Origin: Corallochytrium limacisporum Hawaii
Lineage: Eukaryota > Protista > Pluriformea
DNA length: 64,000 nucleotides
Direction of reading: 5' to 3'
Assembly (NCBI GenBank): GCA_002811645.1
Contig: PDIP01000019.1
Span: 169,281 to 233,280 of the forward strand
Part shown: piece after piece, positions 21,236-32,628 of the stretch
Layout of the letters: the number at the start of each line of letters is the position of its first letter
How positions within the stretch are numbered: the first letter of the stretch is position 1
Made by a program: the position numbers and the translations under genes
Notes under the pieces: model-generated
What the model saw: only the letters and a program-made list of their open reading frames with translations
Database searches by the model: none
Told to the model about the DNA's origin: nothing

Positions 21236-24200
21236 TGTGAAAGGATCTATGTGTCTTCCGATAGTGGATCTAGGTAAGTAGTCAGGTACTCGAGCTGTGA
21301 ATCTGTGGGTTGAACAAAGGTATACTGCTACCGAGTGTGCAACTGCTGTGTGGTCCGAAACTCTTGAGGGGATTTATCTTACGTGCCCCTGCACTTAGAC
21401 TTTCACAGATCATCTGTTTCCATCGAAGACGCCGGGAATCACTCCTCCTGAATAGCTGATCAGGAAAACAAGAAGGGTCATTACCAATAGTACACAGCAA
21501 TTGAAATCGTTAGTTCGTCACACGTATTTTGAAAAGAACCAAGCACAAACTAGTTGTAAAAGACTCTTGCTCCGCCGAAGCCAACCGTCGAACTTTAGTC
21601 CACCAATTACGGCCGCACTGTGAAATGCTGCTTCCGCTCCGGAATCCGCGGCGGATCGCCCCACAGATGGGAGGAGCGCATCACCGCAAGGTACCATGAG
21701 AGGGAGGACCACATAAACCGCCACCCCTTTCTCTCATGAAGCCGCATTCTATTGACTTCTGTTCCCCCTTCCTTCCTCTAATTCCTCACCCTTGGAATTC
21801 GTCCCCTCTCCTTCCCCCCCCCCTCTTTTCCCCGGGGTCTCTCCACCTTCCAAAGTCCCCTACCCCCCCCCTCCTTTTTTTCCCCCCTGCCTTCCCCCGC
21901 TCCCGGCACCCAACACAGTGAGTGAGAATGTCCTTGTCTCTTTCTCCCCCGCACACACTGGTACCATTTTCCTTCTGTTTCGCTCAATTTCGTCCTCCTC
22001 CCCCCTCCCCCCTAATTTTTTTTTCGAACTCTTCTTCTTTTTTCATCATTCCCACTTCATCTCGCTTTTTTTTTCGACCCCACGGCGCACCAGTATGTAG
22101 ACAGTTTCCCATGTTTCCTTGAATGGAAACTGTCTCTTTTTGAGTCCCTCTTCCTTTCGATCCCTGTTTTCTCCCTCTCGGCATTTGAGTCATTTCCACA
22201 CTATGGAGGACTCATGGAATCGCCCACTATATCGTGTTTTGGACTTTGCATAAACTGGAAGCATTCGGTAATCTTTCTCCTTCTGGCAAATCTGACGCAT
22301 TCGAAGCTGCGGCCACATTTCCCTAATTTCTACCTCATCCCCAGACAAACATGTCTAATATGTATTCTACATGGCTGATGCCCTTGCCAGGTTCTAAACA
22401 GCGAAACGTACGTGGCTATTGCAACCTGAAGATCACACGTTGGCATCAGTAGTATCACAATTTATCAGGAAAGGAGGGAGCTATCGTCCTCTTGACTACA
22501 CTGTTCTCTAATATTTCGGAATGTAGTAAGTCTTGATACGAGTGGATGGGCCTTGCCGGGTGTCTCTCACGTTTATGTTTTTGACCACTCCAGACCGGAT
22601 GTTGTCTTTGAGCAAAAATGGGCTTGTCAACGAGTCTTGTTTCGGTCTCCCTGTCGCTGTTGCTTCAATGGTTAATCCCCTCCATAGCTTCGTAGCTCTC
22701 GCTGTTTTTTTTTTTTGGTAGAACGCCTCTGTTTACTTTTTTTTTTCGTTCCCTCTTTTTTTTTTCCGACAGGTCTTGGGAATTGAGGTCATATCTACAG
22801 TGTACACAGTTTTTTTTCTACCCCCCTCAAACTCTGTTCTTGCATTCAGGATTTCATAATTTCCCAACTGCATCCATGAATTACGTGCGAACTGGACAGA
22901 GTAGGGTTTAAAGCCGCAAGGGTCAGGTTTTGGGCGGAGCGGACCGCTCCTGTGGATGTCTATGCAGACGAATTTGAGGATAGATAAACTAAAATGCTCA
23001 TTGTTATGATCGGGCGCCAATACTGAGTTGTCTGCCATTCACTATATAGGAACGACCACACCGGCCATGCTATTGTCAGTACGATGCCATCCCGAGAAAG
23101 AGTGTGAGGGTGTCTCTCAATTAATCTGACGGCGCACGTTAGTCGCATTCTCTTGGATTTCTCTGTTTTGGAAACTGACCAAGCCGGCAACCTACACAGC
23201 GCACGTTCGTGACCTCTCGCCACCTGTCAAACTTTCTAAGAATAGTGACATATATCGGGTATGTGTTGTGGAGAAATTCGAGAATGGTACACATAAAAAT
23301 TAACGCTGTGGCGTCTTTTGGTGTGTGAGAGAAATGGGCTTGAAAATAATGATCTCTCGGAGTGGACTGTGGAAGCACAATCTTGAACTTAGAAATGTAA
23401 CCGCGCGAGATCAGTATACAGTGTGACCGAATGACTGAAAGAGTGAGCACAAGGTGGGGAAGGGCCCCTGCCACAAGTTTTTGAAAAAAAAATTCACACA
23501 GTCTATGATTAAAGCGCAGTTGCTCACAGAATCTGTTTGCGAAACTGGCCGACTTGATTTCCGCACCGGTCATCGTCCATCACTCTGATTCACATGCTAT
23601 AGATACAATCTCAGGAGAACCAATTAAACACGCGGCAATACGCCTAACAGTGAAGACACCATGCAAAGGGGAAAGTGTTTTAATATGAAGACGATGAATC
23701 ATAGCAGGCCACGAAGCAAAGGTACGAATGCTTCCGTTTGAAGCGATTATCAATGACCGAGATCTCATCCTGCGAACTGCGGGAGAAAAGCGAAGAAAGG
23801 AGAATCACATACAGTCTCGTTTTGCACTTGGTTGCCTTAGAACATTGCTCACTAATTCCCCACTCTGGGCATGTATGGGAGTAAACCAACATTCAACCTT
23901 TGTATGTCACCGTTCGATATGCTTACGGAAAAGCTACAGAGAACGGCATTGTCGCGACTGAACGAACTCTGCTCTCTCGCTCTCCAACTCATTGTTCTCT
24001 GCCCATGTTTACAGTACCACTGTTCGTATTCATGGCTTACAGGAAATGGACGGAGCAACAGCCGCTGTCCTCATTCCACTGACGCACAAGTGACACATTC
24101 GTTAGTTCAGTGAGGAAGGGTTTGGTGAGGAAAAGTAGTTCCTTCCCAACGGAGAGTTGTCTTTCCGCCGTTGCTCCTGTGTGTCTGTGTTCCTATTCGT

Positions 24201-27200
24201 TGAAAGTCCTCTCCCGTACAGTGGTAAATCAGAAGAGACCCGATCCAACTATTGTTCCGCTAGATGAGAGCTCGTACAGTGGAACTTGTATGGATCTTGT
24301 TTAATGTTTATGACGTGGAAACCGGAATGAGGGATAGTGTGCATGGATGTGCTCGGTGTGGAGAGTCAAGTCATGGACAAAGTGCGACATCAGTAACCCG
24401 TCTCGAGAAGAACATGGCCTTGAGCACCTCATCATCGCGAGATTGTGATCTGCATTAGTTCTATACTGAAACAAAGCGCTCATTTTCAATTACCAGGTTA
24501 GTCGTGCGGTGTGACACAAGGATGATCCTGTACGGACGCTCTGGAGGGGGGGTGTGGATTGGGACAGCGTGAACGTCCAAGAGAGCGAGAAAAAAAATCG
24601 TCGGCAACCCACAAGCATACTTTTTTTTTCAGACGCCAACTAAGAGTTGGGAACCTTCGATTCATGGGGGTTAAATATATAGCACTTTAGAACATTCTTA
24701 ATTTGGTTCTATAACTTTATATTTTAATATACGTTATTTTTTGACGAAGTATATGCCTATTCTCATATATTTACAAACACACCTATCATGATTTTACACT
24801 GTTCCTGCTATCAGGAGAAGAGAGGTCGAAAAAAAATCGACGACGGAACGCATTCCCTTTTTTTTCTCCCCGACAGCTTGGGCCCTTCCCCCCTCCCTCC
24901 CCCTCCATCCCCCAATTCACTTACCGCACACATTCCGTAGGCTCGCTTCTCTCAGACGGGACCACTCTGTGGGAAGTCCGGGCAATACAAAATATGTGGG
25001 CAGATGTGAAAGTTCTTTACGGCTTGGTCATCTCTAGTACACCGTTGTGAATATTTCGAACAACGTCAGGTTCTGCTGCGTGTGTTTGACGCACGTACAA
25101 CATGTGGAGTCTAGTTGGAAACACGCAGATCATTTAAAGTGGGCGGAAACCTTATGCTCGGTCAACGTTGTCTCAATACCGACTTGTGTCCCTCGGGCAT
25201 GATTGACACTTCCTGCCATGTCACGGTTTACATGCAGGCCCAGAAACGTTTGGGACATCAATCGAGGAGGTAAGCAGTCTGAAACGGGGTATTTTTTGAG
25301 ATCGTCTAGAGCTGAACTTCTCTTTGCTCTCGTTCTTTTCTCGATGCCTAAGGATTTGCTGCGGTATACGTTTCTAAAATTTCGTTCTTGGTGTCGAGCA
25401 GCTCAGTTTGCAGCGTCGCACCATGTGTCCTGTCGTTTGATCCTTCGGGGGGGTTTGCTATCTATGCAGTCATAGAAATTGGAGGGCCTCTGAAACGGAG
25501 AGCCTGTTAGTATTTGAAGACAAGAAAGTTGAACGGTGATTGCAACAAGAAAGATACAAAGAGAAATGAAATGCTAATGCCGGCAGATTCGAGGGAGTGA
25601 AGCAAACCTTCAGCAAAATAATGGGAGCTTTGGTGGACAACTCTTCATGTGCCCCCGGTTTACAATCGGGTAGAGCGATGGTCAGTGCTCATCGTTAACA
25701 TGTGTGAGAGGGGCTGGTTCAGCGACCGCGTTTCATTGGCATCAGTGACCAAAATGACTGCGCTATAAAATCGATAGCTCACCCATACAAGCGCAACCCG
25801 GTGATGTGGCACACGGATAAGGGTTTCCGCAAGGCTCTCCGGACATGTCTTCAAGGGAAAGAGAGCGCTTGCTGTTTTGGCTGGAAGAATATTCAATAGA
25901 GTATACTACGTAGATTGTTTCAGGGAGAGCGTTTCAATTTCTGTTCAGGCACCTGACTCCGCTACTATTTAAACCGTCCTCTTGGATTCTTCTCACGAAA
26001 GAAAAAATTAGCTTTCGTCAACGTCTGTTGCCGTCCGGACTCATCTTCTTTAAGAGGGTCATTAACACGCTTCCGTGTCATCCTTGAGACGAGGAGTCAA
26101 AATACATGCAACCGTAGTTCATATAGTACGCGCCTTGATTCTTTTCTTACAGACTCTTTCCAACACCTACGAAAGAAATTTGAACTCACTGACACGGTTG
26201 CGGAATATAGAACGTGAGCTTGGTGACGAGTGCTCTGCGTACACAAGAGTCAGTTTACTGTATGGAATAACCAAAAGTTTATCACTGTTTGAGCAGAGTC
26301 AATATTCTTCCGTTTTTCTGTATACGGCAAACATACGCTCGTTTCCAAAATTTTGACTGGTGATCCATGAGCGTCCAGTATCTATTTCGGTTTTAGTTCT
26401 AAATTATCTCTTTACAAAATGGTATAGCGCCCGTGCTGACTTCAGGGCCACGCCGTTTTTCTCAGACTCATTCACCACCAATCCATTGACCAGTCAAGCA
26501 TACCTTAAGCATTATCAGGGCTATTTTTTCTTCACGCTGACCAAATTTCTTCATATTTCTAACTTTTCTAGTCGAGTTGTGCCCGCGGTTGCATTCACTC
26601 ACACACCGCAAGCGGCATATTATAGGCCCACACACCACTAGCGTCTGAATCTAGATATAACCACGGGACAAACACATGGCGCAGTACTATTGCACGACTG
26701 GACGGAGGAACACGAGGAGGAGAGCCATCGCTCCAATAATATCTTTCCGCTGCCTCCTCGGAGTACAGAAAAAGTAGGAAGAGTAACTATGGAAGACATA
26801 TGAGGCGACGACATAAAATTTCTAAGTACCTCTCCTACAGACACAGGGAACTTTCAACACTAACTGACACATACGTGGCTTCAAACTGTCCACTTTTTCT
26901 GCAAGGTGACATTTCGTGCCCTCGATGAACAGATAGCAATACCTTTCGCCGACAGCGTGTGCATCGTTTGTAGGGAGATACAGCCCTAGCTCTTCAACTG
27001 GCACCCTATTACACAGAGTACCGGTGTGAATATCACGGAGAGGACGTATGGCCAAAGAAGGGCATGAGTATGGAAAATTTTGAGAATCATGCAGAGCGTT
27101 TAGAAAGCAGAAGTGTGATGTACACTGCACATGATCGTGCTCCATTCACAGTCAATGATGAAAATCACGAGCTTTCGACTCCAACCCGTGCCGAACGAGA

Positions 27201-30200
27201 GAGGTCAAAATGTCGCAATTCGCCGCTTTGAGAGTGTGTCGTGGAGCTTCATTTTTGAGAATACTAGCCGTAACATTTTTTAGTGGGCCAATTCAATAGT
27301 GTATGACCGGTCCGCTCAGAGGGGATGATCTGTACATCGTACGACCGCCGGCAAAAGTTTAACAATTTTTATCAATCATCGTCCTAACACTTTCGCACAC
27401 ACACCATCTCTCACATCCGACGGTAACTACTAGCTCTCAGTGTTGCGCCTACACTTTTGTAATCTCTGCCACCAACTAGGTGCGTATCCTCCAGACCTCA
27501 AAGCCCTCTTAAGGCTCCGGTGTCACACCCTATGTGTGTCGATCATCGGACTCACTCTATGTACGGCCCTATCAGGAGATTTGAGTTGAGAAGGGTACGT
27601 GGAGGAAATAAGAGGCAGCGATTTCGATAGAATCGGCAGGAACGGAGAAAATGGGGGACCCTCTGGTGTAAGGGTCGATCAGCTCTTCTTGCATGGTTTC
27701 TTGCCAATTTTCACAAAATCTTCAGTACCACACTTCGGATGACAGTTGCCGCTTGTAAGCCAAAACACAAGAACAGATTGACAGGTAGAGAGTACATGTC
27801 AATTGCTTGTATACTATTGCTTGATCGGCGATCACAGCAAAATGCTATTGCCGCTGAAGGTGTAGTCAGTGTGTCATGCATGTGTTCACCAAATCACGAG
27901 TTTTAGCTGTGCCCCAGCTGTTGCACATTTGGTCTAGCTGGCCACTAGCTCAAGAGGTCGTCCCTTTCTCCGCGCCAGGAAAGGAGTTTCATTTTGAGAA
28001 GTTCTGTTCTAATAGTAGTTCTGTGCGTGTTGCTCTTTTTCTGCTCGGCTTCAGAAGCGGAGTTTTTTTCAGCACACAGTGAGTCGAGAAACATGTTCAA
28101 CTCTCGAAATGGACAACGATTGCAACATTTCTAACCACTGCGAAGGATGAGATTTGATAATAAATGTATTACTATTTTCGATCATCTCATCTTCATCCGC
28201 ACACCTACTTGCTACACCGACAGCCATAGACAGAACCAACACGCACACACTGCTGCCAATCCTTCAATCACTTGACCATAGACGGATGGGCAAGGTGTGC
28301 TGTACACACGCAAGGACCAATCGAACAAAGAGACAGTCCGGAGTGCCTGGGCGCTCATGGAAGCTGCCGAATGGAAACGAAAGTTTCTGGGTTTGTGATG
28401 GAAGAACACAAGGGCGAAAGTGTAAGGCATGACAGACCATAGATCACTGCATCCAAGCAATGCTTCATAGTTTTGTCTGAATCATGAAACTATTGTAAAT
28501 TGAGGGAGGGGAGGGGCTCGGTGGGAATGAACTCCATCCTTGTGCTTTGGGGAAAAGTTCAAAGATAGTGTGGTGGCAAAATCGCATGCTCAAAATATTG
28601 CACGATAATTGAAAACTCCGAACTCTCTCGTTCTCCCTGTTGCAATTCTGCTGGAGTGATGTGGTCCTTGTTTCCTGCTCGACACTCCTCCCCGAACCCG
28701 TTCTAGGGCTGGTATAAAGACTCTGACAGCAGAGCGAGATAGAGGGGAAAAGGGGAGAAGGGGGGGGGGTCAAGCTTTTGACCCAAGCAAGCCCGTCCCT
28801 AGACAGGCCCATAATCACGGAAACCCGGAAAAAACTAGAGAAAGGCTTGTACTTTGTGTTGTACATTCAGTACTAAATTTACACCAAGGGGGTTTCCTAG
28901 GGTCCACGGGGGTTTCATACTCTCTTCCGAGTTCAACGGAAAGTCTTGTGAACGGACGACAGAAGCGGATCAAATTGTGTGTGATAAGGACGGAAGGAGG
29001 AGACCGAGATACGCTAGAGGTCAGGGCTAAGTTTATGGAAGACTGCATCGTTGCAGACTTAGTTCGGACTAGCTTTGAACAGCGAACGTTGCAAAAAGCA
29101 GTTGGAATTCAGCGAACGATGGATGAAACGAAGAAACAGAGAAGGTAAGAGCAATGAGGCGTCCGTACGCGAAACGCTTTTTTTTGCTACTCAACACGTT
29201 ACACGCGTTTTTAATTCCTTGTGGTGAGAGCCAGAGGCCAAGCGGTTTCTCGGGGATCGTTTCAATAGTGAGCGCCCTGGAGATCTGAGCATTATCTTTA
29301 GGAAGAGGCACAGAGGTACACCATTGAAACATAAGGGGAGATAAACACCGGTCCCAGTAAACGAGAAATTTGCAAACGATCCATGCCCCCCCCTTTTTTT
29401 CGACCCGCCTACAGATTTTTTTCGCCTTCGCGTGGCCCGAGCTTGTGCGAGATATCTATAGTAAATGTACATAGTTGTTGCAATTGCAGTGCAAGGTCGA
29501 AAAAAAAAAGGTCTGGGGAATCTTTGCAGTTCCAAAAGAAGGTAGAGATAGCTTGGACGGAGGTCTCCATCTTGATAGACCCACTTTCTCTAAGTACTTT
29601 GAGCACCGGGGAAAGGGGTGCGTCGCCCCCTGTCTCCTTTGTCACTATTCGGAAGACTTATTAAAGCAAAACGGGAGCGGAATGACCAGGACTTACTGCG
29701 CAAACTACTATGCATTCTCTATGTCACACATTTTGTAGACAGATTGCTTTCGTCATATGTTTTGCGCAATAAACTCAGTGACGGAAAATTATACTGCGGG
29801 AGATCACGGACAAAGTACGTGAGGGGAGAACGAAAATCGAGGGCGCCAGGGAGGAGGAAGATAGGCCCCCGCAGTTCCGCAGTACATGGCTGACCGCAGT
29901 GGTTGGAAGGGGGAGATACGGGAACTCTGGTGCGGCGTGCTGCAGAAGGTATTGCAGGGGAACTTCAAAAATGCACGAAAGAAATAGCATGGAGAAAGGA
30001 AGGATCGATCGGCAGGGAGCTTGTATCAAAATAGACTCCCCGCTCCGAAGAGTCCTGTGATGGTAGCCGGGTGGAGCTCTGTGTAATCGGTAGCTTGAGT
30101 ACACTACTGGAAATTTCACCGCGCTGTGGGATTGAATGTAAAGCTCCGATGGATTGTTGGCACAAGCCCGGTGTCGTCCTTTCCTGGGGGCTCTCGGATT

Positions 30201-31075
30201 GTGAGAGACGTTCATAATTGCTGCGCAGACTGACCAAAAGCGTTCACGTCCCATTGTCGAAAGACCGACACGAACGCCGCTCCCAACCCTTCCGGCCAAT
30301 CGATCTCTCCAGGTGCTACATGGCATCCTCGGCGAGAAGTTACATATGGCCTCTCGTTTACTCTGAGCATGTCAGATGCTTCGCCACCCCTTGCTTGTCT
30401 CGGTGTGTACTAGTTTGGACAACGTTGCTGCCTGTCCCCCTTCGTTTTCTATGCAGGCCTTGCTGTAAACAAAAGAGTATGGCGTCCAGTACTCTAGCCG
30501 ATTGTTCGGCCCTTTTTGCGGGGCTTCTCAATATACCAACCGCACATGTGTGAATGACAAAAGCCAGTTTCCAATCCTATTCTAATCAATAGTATCAAAA
30601 GCTCTTTATGGATTATAAAATTTTCTATGATTAAAAATCCGTTCTCGAATCCCACACCGTGTCCGGGACCTGTGCTTCGTGAGCAGCCACCGGTGTTTTG
30701 CCCAAGCCCCCGGGAGCAGTGGAGGGGGATGTGCGGCTGGATTGCTGTCGTGAAGAGTATGGGTGGGCACTGCTCTGTCTCCGTGTTGCGCACCAATCAC
30801 AAAGTGTTTCGAGTCGCGAATGAGTGAAACACAGTTCGAAAGGTAGATCAAGCCAATCTGAAACCGGAATTCGAGGAGACCTAACGGATTTGGGGTTGGT
30901 GACCTGACACAGGCAGGTCACAAGGTCTTCAGTTGGCAACAGGGCTTTTGAGAATATGTGAAGACGGGCCAACGACGAGCAACAACGCCCACAAAATTCA
31001 ATGTTTTCCTTTCAGAAGAGCAATAACCTGTTCCATTTAGCGTAGAAACACAAGACAGAAAGCAAAGTGAGAGCA

Positions 31076-32440
31076 ATGACTCAGACCGTTGACGTGAACA
31101 CAGTCGTTCGCGACAGCGGAGAGCACGACCGCAAATCACAGCAATTTGCTCGGACCCTCGACAGCAAGGACGAGATTGCGTCATATAGGTCACAATTCTT
31201 GATTCCAAGCTACGCGGACATTCATGTGAAGAAACCAGACAGCATCGAGGATAAGCAGCGCAACGAGTGTGTCTACCTCTGTGGCAATAGTCTCGGCCTC
31301 CAACCAAAGAACGTGCCAAAGATCATGGATGTCGAACTGGAGAAATGGGCCAAGAAAGCTGTTATCGGGCACCACGATGACAGTGAACGACCTTGGGTGA
31401 GTTACGAGGACCACTTGAACGCAGGGATGGCACCACTGCTTGGAGCAAAGGAGGTGGAAGTGGCCGTCATGAATGGTCTGACAGTGAACCTACACCTCAT
31501 GCTCGTGGCCTTCTATCGTCCAACAACGGATCGGTACAAGATCATTATGGAGGATCACGCCTTCCCCTCGGACCACTACGCTGTGGAAAGCCAGGTACGC
31601 TTGCAAGGGCAGGATCCAGCGAATGCTATTGTCTACATCAAGCCCAGGGATGGTGAAGAGACTCTAAGGACCGAGGACATAGTTGCCACTATACGGGAAC
31701 ATGGTGAGTCGTTAGCTACCGTCATGTTATCAGCGGTGCAATACTACACGGGTCAGTTTTTTGACATGCCAACCATCACGTCTGCAGGCAAAGCAGTCGG
31801 AGCGAAAGTCGGCTGGGACCTCGCTCACGCCGTTGGCAACGTGCCACTGTCCCTGCACGAATGGAATGTGGATTTTGCTTGTTTCTGCAGCTATAAATAC
31901 TTGAACGCGGGACCCGGGGGTATTGCCGGCGTATTTGTTCACGAAACGTACGCGGACGCCACAGAGCAAGAATTGCCCCGTATGACCGGATGGTGGGCAC
32001 ACAAATTGTCGACGCGTTTTGAGATGAGCAACGTCATGGAGCTTAATCGCGGCGCCGCTGGATTCCAGTTGTCGAATGTTCCCATTTACAGTAGCGTCGG
32101 ACTGACAGCATCGCTTCAAATCTTTAACGAGGTTGGCATGAGTAAGATTCGAACGAAGAGCATGCTTCTGACTGCGTACTTGGAGATGTTGCTTGAGGAA
32201 TGTATAGGTGAGGAACATTACGATATCATCACACCACAGGATCCGGAACAACGAGGATCGCAGTTGAGTATCGTCTTCAAGACTGACGTCAAAGCAGCCC
32301 ACAAGGCAATCAGCGACCGGGGCATTGTCTGCGATTTCAGAGCACCCAGTGTGATCCGCATCGCACCTGTGGCACTGTACAATTCTTTTGAAGACGTGTG
32401 GTATTTTGTCAACGAATTGCAGCATGCTCTGGAGCTGTGA
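31076..32440 (+). CDS. KYNU: Kynureninase (PLP-dependent)
   Basis: YLCGNSLGLQPK, MNGLTVNLHL, AFPSDHYA, VQYYTGQ, GWDLAHAVGN, PLP lysine in CSYKYLNAGPG, GWWAH. First ATG at 31076. Confidence 0.97.
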   Translation: MTQTVDVNTVVRDSGEHDRKSQQFARTLDSKDEIASYRSQFLIPSYADIHVKKPDSIEDKQRNECVYLCGNSLGLQPKNVPKIMDVELEKWAKKAVIGHHDDSERPWVSYEDHLNAGMAPLLGAKEVEVAVMNGLTVNLHLMLVAFYRPTTDRYKIIMEDHAFPSDHYAVESQVRLQGQDPANAIVYIKPRDGEETLRTEDIVATIREHGESLATVMLSAVQYYTGQFFDMPTITSAGKAVGAKVGWDLAHAVGNVPLSLHEWNVDFACFCSYKYLNAGPGGIAGVFVHETYADATEQELPRMTGWWAHKLSTRFEMSNVMELNRGAAGFQLSNVPIYSSVGLTASLQIFNEVGMSKIRTKSMLLTAYLEMLLEECIGEEHYDIITPQDPEQRGSQLSIVFKTDVKAAHKAISDRGIVCDFRAPSVIRIAPVALYNSFEDVWYFVNELQHALEL

Positions 32441-32628
32441 ATTGCTTTCACCTCGATCATTGCTTAAGCTACTATTGTCCACAACTTCACCATTCTTTAG
32501 GACGTAATCGAGAGTCTCAATGTGATTTTCGTGCACATAGTAAATAGTGTTTATATATGTTTGCTTCTTTAAAATTAGATTTCACATCTTGCCTGATGTG
32601 TACTGTTATTCAGGGAGCGTGCAACGCT

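Noticed and set aside
21269-21281. Minus-strand TACTTACCT resembling the U1 snRNA 5' end (AG/GTAAGT on the plus strand)
   Set aside because: Not followed by U1 stem-loops or an Sm site; lies in the Fox 5' UTR; a 9-mer match can be chance.
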